This document shows, piece by piece, positions 62,785 through 64,000 of a DNA stretch of 64,000 nucleotides (positions are counted from its first letter, which is position 1; the number at the start of each line of letters is the position of its first letter). The notes under the pieces were generated by a model. It ran no database searches and was not told where the DNA came from. It was given only the letters and a program-made list of their open reading frames with translations. Source of the DNA: the human T2T-CHM13v2.0 reference genome, Homo sapiens; assembly GCF_009914755.1 (NCBI RefSeq), contig NC_060927.1, one strand, 5' to 3'. Both the position numbers and the translations under genes were made by a program.

Positions 62785-62964
62785 ATGGGCACTGCACCCA
62801 CAGTGTGAGAGAGCTACGGGCAGTGTTCCTATAGTGTGTGTATGCTGTTCTCATAGCGCATGAGAGCTGTGCATGGTGTTCCTATAGAGCGTGAGAGCTA
62901 TGGGCGCTGTTCCCATACTGCGTGAGAGCTATGGGTGCTGTTGCTATCGTGTATGAGAGCTATG
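62785..62964. repeat. Degenerate 31-bp minisatellite, ~5-6 units
   Basis: Units 62860-62890, 62891-62921 and 62922-62952 (e.g. GTGAGAGCTATGGGCGCTGTTCCCATACTGC) plus partial copies. Confidence 0.9.
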
Positions 62965-63599
62965 TGGCGATGTGGCACTCTTACCGCCACTTCCCCCCTC
63001 CTGTGTTCTTAGCAGGCATACCTAAACTGATCACAGTACTCTTCCTTGCTGGGCTCAGCTTGGGGTCTCACTATCCTTCTCAACACGATCCTTTGAACAG
63101 CCACTAATCATTGACTGGGAATAGGCATATGAGTCAAAATATTTTGGCTTTTCTTTCCTAGAATTCAGAGAAAAGGGTTAGACATGTACTCGATTTCCAG
63201 GATTGTAAGTTGTGAATCTGCTTCTGCATAGTTTGTGAGGATAGAAAAGCAGACAGGCTTAGAGAGGCTTCTTTCAGGAATAAATGCACTGGCTGGTGTG
63301 TCCCGTGGTTTTTCTCTTGGGAACTCAACCAGTCAGAGACTAGATCGGGTATCACTTCTACCGACTTAAGGGAAGTATAACAGATGAGGGGAAATCAGCC
63401 AAATCAAGTAGCTAACATGTGGGAAATGGAGGGGACTCAAATACATTATTTTGGTTGCCTAAGAAAGGGCTTTCCCAGTGGTGCGCTGAGGGGAGGTGTG
63501 TTACTAATATAACAAGGAGAGAAGATGTTCCATGGTCAAAAGAGTATGAAAACAAAATTAAGCAAATTTTAATATTACTAGAATTAATAAGGCAACATT

Positions 63600-63840
63600 A
63601 ATAATTGCTACCATTTATTAGGCACTTACAATGTGCCAGGCACTATTGTAAGTTCTTCACATGCATAACTGCATTGAATTTCCTCAGTAATTTTATGAAG
63701 GAGAAATTATTTCATTTCCATTTTGTAGATGAGCAAATGGAGGCTCAGGGGGATTAACCTGTTCTAAATTTACACCCATTAAATAGGAGCACTAAGAAGC
63801 AAACTGAAGTCCGTCTGGGCCTAGAGTTACAAGCTCTAAT
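63600..63840 (-). mobile_element. MIR SINE
   Basis: GCTACCATTTATTAGGCACTTACAATGTGCCAGGCACT...CCATTTTGTAGATGAGCAAATGGAGGCTCAG. Confidence 0.88.
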
Positions 63841-64000
63841 TACAAAATTTCTTCATTCCACTTGAAAACCTCCCAAAGCTTTTACTATTTTTATATGCAT
63901 TTGGAATCTCCAAGTGAAAGGTAGAATCAGAGCATTTTCCGAGTATATGTAAGCATATTTTCAGAAACCATTTTTTTCCTCAAACTATCTTGCGAGACTA

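Noticed and set aside
62785-62964. CRISPR-like appearance (~31-bp palindromic repeats)
   Set aside because: Units are head-to-tail with no unique spacers, there are no cas genes, and the context is primate DNA

Overview
Primate (human-like) nuclear DNA, repeat-rich and apparently non-coding (intronic or intergenic). I found no credible protein-coding exon, RNA gene or CpG island. The only real protein-like ORFs in the track are decayed LINE-1 ORF1/ORF2/ORF0 pieces; the rest are chance ORFs in Alu, L1 or LTR sequence. Content: about 17 Alu or Alu-monomer copies, two adjacent near-full-length L1PA elements (33197-39189 and ~40345-46419), a 5'-truncated young L1PA (56797-58200), older L1M, L2 and MIR fragments, MaLR/ERVL solo LTRs and hAT MITEs (MER3/5/33/58). 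Most L1s and Alus lie on the minus strand, which hints at an intron of a plus-strand transcription unit. The most notable structures are: (1) a near-complete L1 whose entire 5'UTR was inverted by twin priming, clipping its YY1 site and turning its promoter outward; (2) a multi-copy palindrome split by an MLT2A LTR; (3) a tandem duplication of an Alu plus flank fused to an internal L1 fragment; (4) an open ORF0-like frame and a splice-signal cluster next to the second L1's antisense promoter; (5) a 31-bp hairpin-unit minisatellite. I see no evidence of a wholly new biological system. Repeat subfamily names are from recognition of consensus motifs by eye, not a database search, and boundaries of old repeats are approximate.
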